In this document: one piece after another, positions 41,060 through 51,115 of the stretch
Layout of the letters: each line of letters begins with the position of its first letter
Numbering within the stretch: position 1 is the stretch's first letter
Origin: an uncultured Methanoregulaceae archaeon
Lineage (GTDB): Archaea > Halobacteriota > Methanomicrobia > Methanomicrobiales > Methanospirillaceae
Length of the DNA: 64,000 nucleotides
Assembly (NCBI GenBank): GCA_963701095.1
Contig: OY969564.1
Span: 1,120,001 to 1,184,000 of the forward strand
Direction of reading: 5' to 3'
Made by a program: the position numbers and the translations under genes
The notes under the pieces: model-generated
What the model saw: the letters and a program-made list of their open reading frames with translations, nothing else
Database searches by the model: none
What the model was told of the DNA's origin: nothing

Positions 41060-41984
41060 GAGGAGCCTCCTTCTGTCAGTCTGAGGAACGCCTCGTCAAG
41101 GGAAGGTGCAAGGGTGTTGAGGGTGACAATTGCTGCATGGTTTTGCTGGCTTACGGTGACGAGAGCCCTGATAGTTGAATCTTTATCCTGGGTGATGAGC
41201 TGCCATTTATCACCGGCTCGTTCAACGCTGGTCACTCCGCTCAGCCCGGTGAGAGCAGCCCCGGTTACTTCACGGTCAAAACTTACTTCTATCCTGTACA
41301 CGCGGTCGATTGCGGTCTTGAGTTTCTCCGGGGCGTCGAGGGCAACAATCGTTCCGGCCCGGATAATGCCAACACGGTGGCAGAGCTGGTTTGCCTCTTC
41401 CATGTTGTGTGTGGTGAGAAAAATCGTCGTGCCGTTCCGGTTCAGGTCCCGGAGCAGGGCGTGGATCATATGATTGCTCTGGACATCGAGACCGCTAGTG
41501 GGTTCATCAAGGAAAAGGAGTTCCGGTTCGTGGATGAGCGCCATAGCAAGAATGAGCCGCTGTTTCATTCCTTTGGAAAATGCCAGTACTTTCTGGTCTT
41601 TACGGTCAAGAAGCCCGAGCATCCCCAAAAGTTCGGTTGACCGCAGGGCTGCCCGGGCCGGGGGAGACCGTAGAGCTCGCTCATCAGCATCAGGTTCTGC
41701 CATGCAGTGAGATCGGTGTAGGCATTCGAGGTTTCGGGAACAACCCCGAATCCTTGTTTTGCAAGCACCGGCTCGGACCGGATATCATGGCCAAGAATTA
41801 TTGCGGTCCCGCTGTCCGGGGGGATTACGCCATTTAACATCCGGGTCGTCGTCGTTTTTCCCGCACCGTTGGGACCTAAAAAACCAAAGATCTCGCCTTC
41901 CCGCACGTCAAACGAGACATGGTCTACGGCAGTATGTGTGCCATACACTTTTGTCAGGCCTGATGCATGGATTACCGGTGCTAT
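41056..41984 (-). CDS. ABC exporter ATP-binding protein (frameshift at ~41658; start uncertain)
   Basis: GPNGAGKTTT in ORF 41565-41948; FSKGMKQR and LDEPT in ORF 41056-41703. Confidence 0.88.
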
Positions 41985-42119
41985 GATTTTTCCCCCTAAA
42001 AACCGGGCAATACTTAATGGTGGTCATTTGATGACAGCATTATTTATAGTTCATGAAATTGCGATGGGACGTATAAGAGTGAAAGGAAAAAGAGGGCACC
42101 TTGCAGCAGGTCCAATAAC

Positions 42120-43652
42120 TCAACTTTTGAACCAGCCCAGCCGGTAAAATACCCATGCAGTGGCTATCATCGCGATACCCACGATCGTTACCATCTGGGC
42201 AAGGGAAATCGGCCAAGGGTTTCCCATGAGGTTTGCTCCCAGAAGACCGCCAACGATTGTCGGAATAATGGCGAGTGCTGTCAGGACTGCTATTAATTTC
42301 ATGACCCGGCTCATCTGGAATGAGGTCGCATCGAAATAATAGTCGGTGAGTGAGGATACATTTTCCGTTGTATCATCAGAGATATCGTACAGGTACGACG
42401 CCCGGTCAAGTAAGGCGGAAAACCGGGACCCGTCTTCCATGCCATGGAGGACGACTTTGCTCGTCACAATACTGTTGAGCACATCCCGGGTATGCAGGAG
42501 CCACGAGTGAATTTTGACGGATTCTTTTTTGAGTTTGAATGTTGCCCGCAGGAAGCTTGCCGGCTGCTCGCTGATAGTAAGGGAGCCGGTATATTCAAGT
42601 TCATCTTCAATAGCCCGGAGCGTTTCTTCGATCTCCGAAAGAGCATCCTGGAAGAACCGGTATGTTATTTCGGCTGGCGTAATTGTTTTGCTGCTGGCCA
42701 GAGCTTCACGCGCAATCAGGTCCGGAGCGTGAAGGGGAGATCCGGAAAAAGTCAGCAGCTGGTGGTCTTTACTTACGATGAGAATCCATTTCCATGTGAT
42801 GTACATCTTTTTTGGATTGGCAGTGCTTCGGCGGCGTTCCATGAGCTTGAGGTAGACCGCCGCACTGTTACCATGAGCTCGTGTCCAGGGAAATGCACGT
42901 TCCCTGAGTGCCTGATCAAGGAGGCTTAAAGGAACACCGGTCCATTTGTGTATTTTCAGGAGATCTTTTTTCTGCACCGAAGTAAAATCCTGCCACAGGA
43001 TGGTGCCTTCCGGGCCTCGTCTTGTTTCTTCAGATACACTATCGGGAATATCACTCAACAATTGAGTTGTCCAACCGGCTTCCCTTCCTGTACCAGCAGG
43101 CAGGAGTGTGCGAACCGTACATTCCCGTGTCGATTTTAACTCACTATTCCCGTTCGTATCTGACAGGGAATCCTGACGAGAATACGCTCTGGCACCAACT
43201 GCCGGAATCCGGGTGAGCCGTAGGAGTCGGACGGCGCCGGTTATATTCTGGTAGGGTCTGGTAAGAATCCCCGCGATAGGAACTATTACGATGAAAAGAT
43301 CCAGGATATGCCATGGATCCCCTACAAACTGCCGCCGGTTTTCTGCCACCGCTAGCTTGAGCGAATATTCGAGAATGAAGATTATCAGGATCGTTCCATC
43401 GATAGTGTTGAGGACAAGCTGGCTATCGGGAGGGACAGGTACTAAGTAAGGGATAATAAGAACAGGAATAAGTATCAGGGAAACCGCGATCATCAGGCCT
43501 TCTGAAAAAATGGCATTGACATTATTCCGGATCTTAGAGAATCGCCGTGATTCTTCCAGCTCCTGCCAGTCTTTCCAGCGCATGAACTGCTCCTCTCCGA
43601 TTTCGCTATCGTCAGTTTTATACGAGGAAATGCTGGCCTTGTCCGGATCCAT
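42120..43652 (-). CDS. Voltage-sensor-like (Ion_trans S1-S4) domain fused to a CorA-family transporter
   Basis: FILEY (S2), W..LD (S3), RLLRLTR (S4); CorA tail M..VMK.IAV.TA...IPT...G.LGAN...P + second TM. Confidence 0.75.
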   Translation of the reverse strand: MDPDKASISSYKTDDSEIGEEQFMRWKDWQELEESRRFSKIRNNVNAIFSEGLMIAVSLILIPVLIIPYLVPVPPDSQLVLNTIDGTILIIFILEYSLKLAVAENRRQFVGDPWHILDLFIVIVPIAGILTRPYQNITGAVRLLRLTRIPAVGARAYSRQDSLSDTNGNSELKSTRECTVRTLLPAGTGREAGWTTQLLSDIPDSVSEETRRGPEGTILWQDFTSVQKKDLLKIHKWTGVPLSLLDQALRERAFPWTRAHGNSAAVYLKLMERRRSTANPKKMYITWKWILIVSKDHQLLTFSGSPLHAPDLIAREALASSKTITPAEITYRFFQDALSEIEETLRAIEDELEYTGSLTISEQPASFLRATFKLKKESVKIHSWLLHTRDVLNSIVTSKVVLHGMEDGSRFSALLDRASYLYDISDDTTENVSSLTDYYFDATSFQMSRVMKLIAVLTALAIIPTIVGGLLGANLMGNPWPISLAQMVTIVGIAMIATAWVFYRLGWFKS

Positions 43653-44027
43653 CTTTCAACTCCAATGGAATGATAATGGGCATTATGGATAAGAGGGTTT
43701 TGATTAGAAGGCTTGATGTTTTTTATGAATCGGGGTAGTTCCGGCAAATAATGAGGTTCTTAAAATCCATTCCTGATTTTATCAATAACGTTTTGTCAAT
43801 TTATCCGGAGATACGGGAATATTTTTTATTTTGCCAGAGTTTTATTGGTCGAGTAGAATGGCAGTATAATTAATCAATGCGGCGTCTGGGAGAAATCCAT
43901 TACTTTGTCCAGTGTATTAATTCATTCACAATTTCCGGACAAAGGCGTACTGCCTTAATCCTCATTTGCTGAGTTCGGGGACTGAGTTAGTGACTTAATT
44001 AAATCCCAAAAAAGGAATTCTGGTGTA

Positions 44028-45209
44028 TTAAAAATCAGTCATAATCCGGAACTGGTCGATCTCTTCCCGGTTGAGTTGGTCAAGGAATTCATCGGTTGCA
44101 TGCTCGATGTCCTTACTTGCTGTAATACTACGGCCAACCACAAGGATATCCGCACCGGCCTTGAGGGCATCTTTCACGACTTCGACCCGGATACCACCGG
44201 CGGTCGCGACGAGCAGTTTCCCGCCTGCTGCCTTCTTCATTGCGGCAATATCGCCCCACGCATGGGCGGTCTCTTCGGTGTCAATTGCCCGATGGAGTTC
44301 GACTATGTCCGGCTTCACTTTCAGCTTCTCGATGAGTTTTACCGGGTTCTGCACATTGAGCATATCGATAATCGAATAGATACCAACCTTTCGAGCTTCT
44401 GAAACTGCCTTCTCAATCGTTGAAGTTGGGGCTAGACCCGAGACCACAACTGCATCTGCTGTTGCATCCGCTGCCATACGGGCTTCGAGGTTGCCGGTGT
44501 CGAGAATCTTCAGATCAGCAATAATAAACGCATTGGGCCGAAGTTTCCGGATCTCACCGATAACAGAAAGGCCGAACTTCTTGATGAGTGGTGTTCCAGC
44601 TTCAATGATCACGTGATCGTTCTGCGGCACTTCCTTTAAGACCTGGGCGACTTTCCCCATATCAACGAGGTCCATAGCAACCTGCAGGTATGGCGGGTCC
44701 CAGAGGCGCTGCACCTTGAATCCCATGATACCGTGTGCTGCCCGGTCCTTCTCGTAGATAAGGGTCTTCTCGTCCGGGAATTTGTCAAGTGCCCGGCGGA
44801 GGGCAAGTTTTGTTGCGCCGTAGTTGTACCGGTAGATCCGGTTGTAGTCCTTTGCATCCGGGTGAACAAAAGCCGATGCTATAATCGCGATATCCTCGAT
44901 ATCGACATTTGCAAACACGCCTTCCTCAAGGCTGTCGGCAACCGCCTTAGCAACCGCTGCCTGGACAGGTCCGAACATTTCATTGACCTGTTCCATGCCT
45001 TTGAGCGTTACCTTTGGAATGATCACGGTTGCGGGCTTCGTGAGCAGGTTAGGGCGGACAACCGCTAAAAGCGGGGTGTGTCCCATGGACAGCTGGGATA
45101 CCGCATTTGCAAAAGCAGACCCGACCGGCCCATCCTTGTTTCCGAGCAACAGGTCGATGTGCGCAATTTCCGCGCCTTCGCCTATGAGTGCTTCTCCGAC
45201 AAGATACAT
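44028..45209 (-). CDS. fae-hps: Bifunctional formaldehyde-activating enzyme / 3-hexulose-6-phosphate synthase
   Basis: GEAL.GEG.E.AHIDL, MFGP.QAAVAKAVAD; LQVAMD, EAGTPLIK.FG, ADLK.LD.G. Confidence 0.95.
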   Translation of the reverse strand: MYLVGEALIGEGAEIAHIDLLLGNKDGPVGSAFANAVSQLSMGHTPLLAVVRPNLLTKPATVIIPKVTLKGMEQVNEMFGPVQAAVAKAVADSLEEGVFANVDIEDIAIIASAFVHPDAKDYNRIYRYNYGATKLALRRALDKFPDEKTLIYEKDRAAHGIMGFKVQRLWDPPYLQVAMDLVDMGKVAQVLKEVPQNDHVIIEAGTPLIKKFGLSVIGEIRKLRPNAFIIADLKILDTGNLEARMAADATADAVVVSGLAPTSTIEKAVSEARKVGIYSIIDMLNVQNPVKLIEKLKVKPDIVELHRAIDTEETAHAWGDIAAMKKAAGGKLLVATAGGIRVEVVKDALKAGADILVVGRSITASKDIEHATDEFLDQLNREEIDQFRIMTDF

Positions 45210-45286
45210 GATACTCTTTTATCTCCGGTTACTTATGTGACCGTCAACCATGATAAGATTACGCGGGCAAATGCCCCGGAATGACG

Positions 45287-46078
45287 TTACACCAGCAGTT
45301 TCCCGGAAAAGATCTCCACAGCATGACCCCCGAGGATCACCCGATCGCCGGCAAGTTTGACCTTCACGGATCCTCCCCGGAAAGAGCACTGGAACCCGGA
45401 AAGTTCGGTTTTGTTGAGTTTTTCACCCCAGTACGGCCCGAGACAACAATGGGCAGAACCGGTCACCGGGTCCTCCGGGACACCAACGGCTGGAGCAAAG
45501 AACCGGGAGACAAAATCGACATCAGTAAGATCGGAAGCCGCCGTAACGATAATACCCCGGGTAGGAATTGCGGCGAGCGCAGCCATATCCGGTTCACAGT
45601 CGCAGACATCTGATGCAGTGGGAAGCTCCACAAGTACATCGAAACGGTTCCTGCCGACAAAGAGAGGGGTCGAGCCCAGAGCCTTGTCTAGACCGGGAAT
45701 AGGAGGAACCGCGTTTGCTGGCGTGGCTGGAAAATCAAGGTTAATCCATCCCTCTTCCTGCCGGGCAGAGAGTTTCCCGGAGAGTGTCTCGAACGTCACC
45801 GGCGACCCTTGAGGTACCCGATTTGTTTTCCAGAGTACAAAGGCAGAGGCAAGCGTCGCATGGCCGCAAAGATCTACTTCCTGTTCCGGGGTAAACCACC
45901 GCAGGTTCCAACCACCTGATGTTGGATGAACAAACGCCGTTTCTGAATGCTTTAGTTCTGCTGCAACCTCCTGCATCCAGGAAGGATCGGCAGGGCCGTC
46001 CAGGATGCAGACCGCGGCCGGGTTACCACGGAACGCAGAACGGGTAAATGCATCGACAACATGCAGCTCACAAGGCAT
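45287..46078 (-). CDS. PhzF family isomerase
   Basis: VDAFT...F.GNPAAV, SETAF, EVDLCGHATLA, EDPVTGSAH. Confidence 0.92.
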   Translation of the reverse strand: MPCELHVVDAFTRSAFRGNPAAVCILDGPADPSWMQEVAAELKHSETAFVHPTSGGWNLRWFTPEQEVDLCGHATLASAFVLWKTNRVPQGSPVTFETLSGKLSARQEEGWINLDFPATPANAVPPIPGLDKALGSTPLFVGRNRFDVLVELPTASDVCDCEPDMAALAAIPTRGIIVTAASDLTDVDFVSRFFAPAVGVPEDPVTGSAHCCLGPYWGEKLNKTELSGFQCSFRGGSVKVKLAGDRVILGGHAVEIFSGKLLV

Positions 46079-46164
46079 GATAGAGGATTGGTATTCCGGC
46101 TCATAAAAGATCCGGGAAAATGGTAAATCTCACGTGTTCAATGAAAAAATGCTACGAGAAAACG

Positions 46165-46335
46165 TGGGGTTGGTGAGATTTGAACTCACGATCGACGGGT
46201 CTCTCCGACATGCATCAGTGCTCCAACGGGTCATCATCGAATCAACTCAGGAGACCCATTGTTCATCATCTGCGAGCACGAAAGAACGCAAAGACCGCTG
46301 GAGCCCGTCGCCATTCCGGGCTTGGCCACAACCCC
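46165..46335 (-). tRNA. trnW: tRNA-Trp(CCA) with a 97-nt intron (46201-46297)
   Basis: GGGGTTG/CAACCCC acceptor stem, ACGGG-CTCCAG|A-CCCGT anticodon arm split at 37/38, GTTCAAATC T-loop. Confidence 0.95.
46201..46297 (-). ncRNA. Intron-encoded box C/D guide RNA
   Basis: ATGATGA (C), CTGA (D'), ATGATGA (C'), CTGA (D); guides complementary to the pre-tRNA. Confidence 0.9.
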
Positions 46336-46499
46336 GCAAATCCGTCACGAGAGCTAACAAAACTCCCTTGACTATACAAAATCGCGTTGACGAAATTTAA
46401 TAGTTTTCCTCCCTAAAAAACGGACCCGGAGGCCCCAAAACCCGTATTTATCGCCGGAGCCATTAATGATATATCCTGTCATTACTCCATTCTTTTACG

Positions 46500-48199
46500 A
46501 TGGATAAGGGCAGTTATACGTGCGGGACGTCAGAATTTCCCCTGCTGGGGATGACGATGGGTGAGATGATTGACCACACCGTGGCACGATACCCGGACAC
46601 CGAAGCGATTGTATCAGTCCACGAAAACATCCGCTGGACCTACCGGGAATTCCTCGAACGAATCAACATGGTGGCCCGCGGCCTTATGGGTATAGGCGTT
46701 GAAAAAGGCGACCGTGTAGGCATTTGGGCGATGAACCACGCCGATTGGGTTGTGATCCAGTTTGCCACCGCAAAAATCGGGGCAATCATGGTCAACATTA
46801 ATCCTGCATACCGCACCTACGAGCTCGAATACGCCCTCAAACAGTCCGAGATCCAGACCCTTATCCTGCAGGGCAGGTTCAAGACCTCCGATTACGTAGG
46901 AATGTTTTTTGAGGCCTGCCCTGAGGCCTGGGAGCAGAAGCCGGGCCACATCTCTTCAGAGAAATTCCCGTTTTTGAAAAATGTCATATTCATGGGCGCG
47001 ATCCCATACAACGGCATGTTCACCTGGGATGAACTCATGAAAAAGGCCGAAGAGATTACCATGGACAAGGTCGCTGACCGGGGAGAAAACCTCACGTTTG
47101 ACGATCCTATCAACATCCAGTACACCAGCGGCACCACCGGTTTTCCCAAAGGTGTCGTACTTACCCACCATGGTGTCCTCAACAACGGTTACATCATCGG
47201 GGAAGGCATGGGTTTTACCGAAAAAGACGGCTCTGTATCCCGGTACCTTTCTACCACTGCTTTGGCATGGTTTTGTCAAACATGGCCTGTGCAACCCACG
47301 GTTCGACGATGGTCCTTCCTGCTCCCACTTTTGATGCCGAGGAAGTGCTAAAAACCGTCGAAAAAGAGCGCTGCACTGCCCTTCACGGCGTTCCCACGAT
47401 GTTTATTGCAGAGCTCACCCACCCCAATTTCGCCAAATACAACCTCACATCCCTCCGGACCGGCATCATGGCCGGCTCACCCTGCCCGATAGAGGTGATG
47501 AAGCAGGTCAATACCCAGATGCATATGAGTGACATCGTAATCGTGTATGGCCAGACCGAAACATCTCCGGGGGTTACGATGACAACCACAAAGGATCCGG
47601 TCGAACGCCGCGTCACCACAATCGGTCGGGCGTTCCCCCACACCGAACTCAAGATTATCGATCCCAAGACCGGTAAAATTGTACCTATGGGCGAGATAGG
47701 TGAGATCTGTGCCCGCGGTTACTGTGTCATGAAATGTTATTACAACAACCCGTCAGCCACGCACGCCACGCTCGATAAGGACCGCTGGAACCATACCGGC
47801 GACCTCGCCACCATGGATGAGGAAGGCTATTTCAAGATCGTCGGCCGGTTAAAGGACATGGTGATCCGGGGCGGCGAGAACATTTATCCGAGGGAGATTG
47901 AGGAATTCCTCCACCACAACGAAAAGATAGCTGATGTCTACGTTGTCGGTGTACCGGACATAAAATATGGCGAGGAACTGTGCGCATGGGTGAAGATGAA
48001 ACCGGGCCAGTGCATGACCGATCAGGATGTAAAAGATTTCTGCAAAGGAAAGATCGCTCACTTCAAGATCCCACGGTATGTCCTTTTCGTGGACGACTTC
48101 CCCATGAGCGTCACCGGCAAGATCCAGAAATTTGTGATGCGGGACGAATCTATCAAAAAACTCGGCCTTGAAGCGGCGGAAAATATCAAAACCGCATAA
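46500..48199 (+). CDS. AMP-dependent acyl-CoA synthetase (frameshift at ~47228)
   Basis: [44 protein letters not shown]. Confidence 0.92.
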
Positions 48200-48224
48200 A
48201 TTTTTTTTAGTCAGTAACACCGAT

Positions 48225-48925
48225 TCAGCTTGTTTTGCGAAGGAGTTCTTCTATAAGTTCAAGCTGGATATTCTGGATTTCGAGAATTTTTTGTCCCTGG
48301 TTTGTCATCAGAAAATCAATTTTTTTGTGGAGCCGGTGAATTTCCGCGTCCGTATGGATACTTACCTGGAAATCACGTTCTGCATGGAGCCGGTCGCGGA
48401 CTTCCTGCCGGTTCTGGCTCATGATAATAACCGGAGCCTGGACGGCAGCAAGGACTGAAGAACAAGGTTAAGCAGGATATAGGGATAAGGATCGAATGGC
48501 CGGGCAATCAAAATGTAGGAGTTCAGGCAGACCCACAAAAAAAGCAGGCCGGCAAAAACCAGAAGAAACGTCCAGCTCCCGGCGAACCCGGCGAGTGCAT
48601 CAGACACCCGTTCGCCAAAGGTCATCGTTTTTTCATATTCAACATTGTCATTTTTGGGGAGGTGATCTTCCACTCTTATGTTACCGTTAATGGTCCCTTC
48701 AAGCGAGACATAACTGTTTTTTTCCTGCTCTACGACGTCCCGGGCATATTGTATCATGAACCGGTCGAGATCGGCCTGACAGATGTATCCTTCCGGCGAC
48801 CATTCCGGGTATTCTTTTGTGATGCATTCAACTATCGACGCGGGAATCCGTTCAGCAGGCACAAGGTCGTCTTTTCTTTTCTGCCCCCCGCAAATCCTGC
48901 AGGGAAATGTTTCCTGATCCGCCAT
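48225..48925 (-). CDS. DUF1003 membrane protein (frameshift at ~48448)
   Basis: TFGER.SD.LA.FAGSW.F, FDPYPYILLNLVL, QAP.I.MSQNRQ. Confidence 0.85.
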
Positions 48926-49282
48926 GATATGTTTCCTCTTGTATCATCATTGGATCTTCGCGTTCTAATTAGTTATTGGGCCACAAGGAGGGTTGTTAAA
49001 CATCGTTACATCGTAAAAAACATTCTTGGAAAGAGCCGTTGCAGGAATTGTGTAAATAATCATTTTTTAAAAAATATATTTTTTCTTTGAATATAGAGTT
49101 GCTAAGGAAAATATATATTTACAGTTAAGACAAATATATATTACTCTTCAGACGCCGGAGGATAGTTGACGGCCGTATTTTCTCTGGGAACGCGAGGAGT
49201 TTTCCTTTTACCGCATATCTGAGTATCAGGACATCATCTCCATAGGGAAAAGGATCAAAGACCATAAATTACGGAGTGGATA

Positions 49283-51115
49283 GTGTCAATGCCCGCCCAA
49301 GGTAAAAAAAACATAAAATATCAGGTCTTATGTGTCGATGATGAAGCTCCGCTCCTTGACATTTGTACGGTGTTTCTTGAAAAATCAGGGGAATTCAGGG
49401 TAACGACTGCAATCAGCGCCTCGGACGGACTAAAGCTACTTGAAAAAAACCGTTTTGATGCAATTGTTTCAGATTACCAGATGCCAGGGAAAGACGGCAT
49501 CCAGTTCCTTGTCGAAGTAAGAAAGCGCCTTGGAGAGATCCCGTTTATTTTGTTTACCGGACGGGGAAGAGAAGAAGTGGTCATTCTTGCCATTGACAAT
49601 GGAGCCGACTTCTACGTCCAGAAAGGAGGGGAAACCAAAGCACAGTTTGCCGAACTTGCACACAAGATCCGGGTTGCAGTGACACGACGGACTGCGGAAA
49701 GCCAGATCTCAGAGTCTGAAAAATTTCTGCGAACGGTAATCGCTGATGCAAAAGAGGGCATTATCGTGTATGACCGGGATATGCGCATTACTCTCTGGAA
49801 CCGGTTCATGGAAGAGCTCACCGGCATGAGAGCATCAGAGGTCATCGGAAAAAACGCATTTGAACTGTTTTCTTTTCATAAACAGAACGGGATCGATCTT
49901 CTGCTTAATCAGGCACTTACTGGCACAACTATGGAGTCGCCGGATTTCGCGTTTAATATTCCCTCTACAGGACATACCGGATGGGCCCGGGGAGTTTATT
50001 CACCGAATTTTGATGTTCACGGCAAGATCATCGGTGTTATTGGCATCGTTCGTGATGTAACCGAGAGAAAAGAGGCTGTGGAGGCATTAGAAGAAAGTGA
50101 AAAGCGGTACCGGGACCTGTTCGATCATAATAAGGCTGTTATGGTTATCGTAGATCCAGATACCGGCAGTATCGTTAATGCAAACGCCGCTGCAAGCCAT
50201 TTTTACGGGTATACCAGGGAAGAGTTTTCCTCGATTACTGTTATGGACATCAACATTGCCGACACGGCAATAACACGGAATAATATGGCTACTATAGTTA
50301 AGAATCAGGGAGCAGTACTCAACATCAAGCACCGGAAAAAGAACGGAGAAATCCGTGATGTAATGATGTCCAGTGCGCCCATAACACTCGGGGGCCGACA
50401 ATTGATCCATTCTATAATCCAGGACGTAACAGAACGCATACAGGCAGAAGATGCGCTTCGGCAGACAAATACAAAACTTAACCTGCTTTCCAGCATCACC
50501 CGTCATGACATTAATTTCCAGATCACTGCGCTGATGGGCTACCTTTCTCTGCTTAAAAACACGCGAACTGATCCGGCACTCAATGAATATACTGAAAAAG
50601 CTTCAGAAGCTGCACAACACATCTCTTCCATAATCCAGTTTACCAAAGAATACGATACAATCGGCATCAAAACGCCGGTCTGGCAGAATCTTTACACGCT
50701 CGCAGAGATTGCTGCACAACAGGTGCCTCTCGGCAATATCAGGGTAAAAAACGATTTTCCAGCTGGTGCAGAAGTATTCGCCGATCCCCTTATCGTCAAG
50801 GTTTTTTACAACCTGATGGACAACGCAGTCAGGTTCGGTGGCGGGATCACCACCATACGGTTCTTTGCAGAGGAATCTACGGATACAGATGTGCTCTTCT
50901 GCGAAGATGACGGCAATGGTATACCTTTCGAGGAGAAAGAACGGATTTTCGATAAAGGGCACGGCAAGAATTCCGGCCTTGGTCTTTTCCTTTCGAAGGA
51001 AATCCTCTCTATTACCGGTATAACCATCAAAGAAACCGGCGAACCAGGAAAAGGTGCACGGTTTGCCATGACCGTTCCCAAAGGAGCATGGCGGATTGCC
51101 AGGACAGGTGCATGA
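49283..51115 (+). CDS. Hybrid sensor kinase (REC-PAS-PAS-HK)
   Basis: VDDE, SDYQMP, ITRHDI, NLMDNA, DDGNG, GLGL. Confidence 0.92.
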   Translation: MSMPAQGKKNIKYQVLCVDDEAPLLDICTVFLEKSGEFRVTTAISASDGLKLLEKNRFDAIVSDYQMPGKDGIQFLVEVRKRLGEIPFILFTGRGREEVVILAIDNGADFYVQKGGETKAQFAELAHKIRVAVTRRTAESQISESEKFLRTVIADAKEGIIVYDRDMRITLWNRFMEELTGMRASEVIGKNAFELFSFHKQNGIDLLLNQALTGTTMESPDFAFNIPSTGHTGWARGVYSPNFDVHGKIIGVIGIVRDVTERKEAVEALEESEKRYRDLFDHNKAVMVIVDPDTGSIVNANAAASHFYGYTREEFSSITVMDINIADTAITRNNMATIVKNQGAVLNIKHRKKNGEIRDVMMSSAPITLGGRQLIHSIIQDVTERIQAEDALRQTNTKLNLLSSITRHDINFQITALMGYLSLLKNTRTDPALNEYTEKASEAAQHISSIIQFTKEYDTIGIKTPVWQNLYTLAEIAAQQVPLGNIRVKNDFPAGAEVFADPLIVKVFYNLMDNAVRFGGGITTIRFFAEESTDTDVLFCEDDGNGIPFEEKERIFDKGHGKNSGLGLFLSKEILSITGITIKETGEPGKGARFAMTVPKGAWRIARTGA

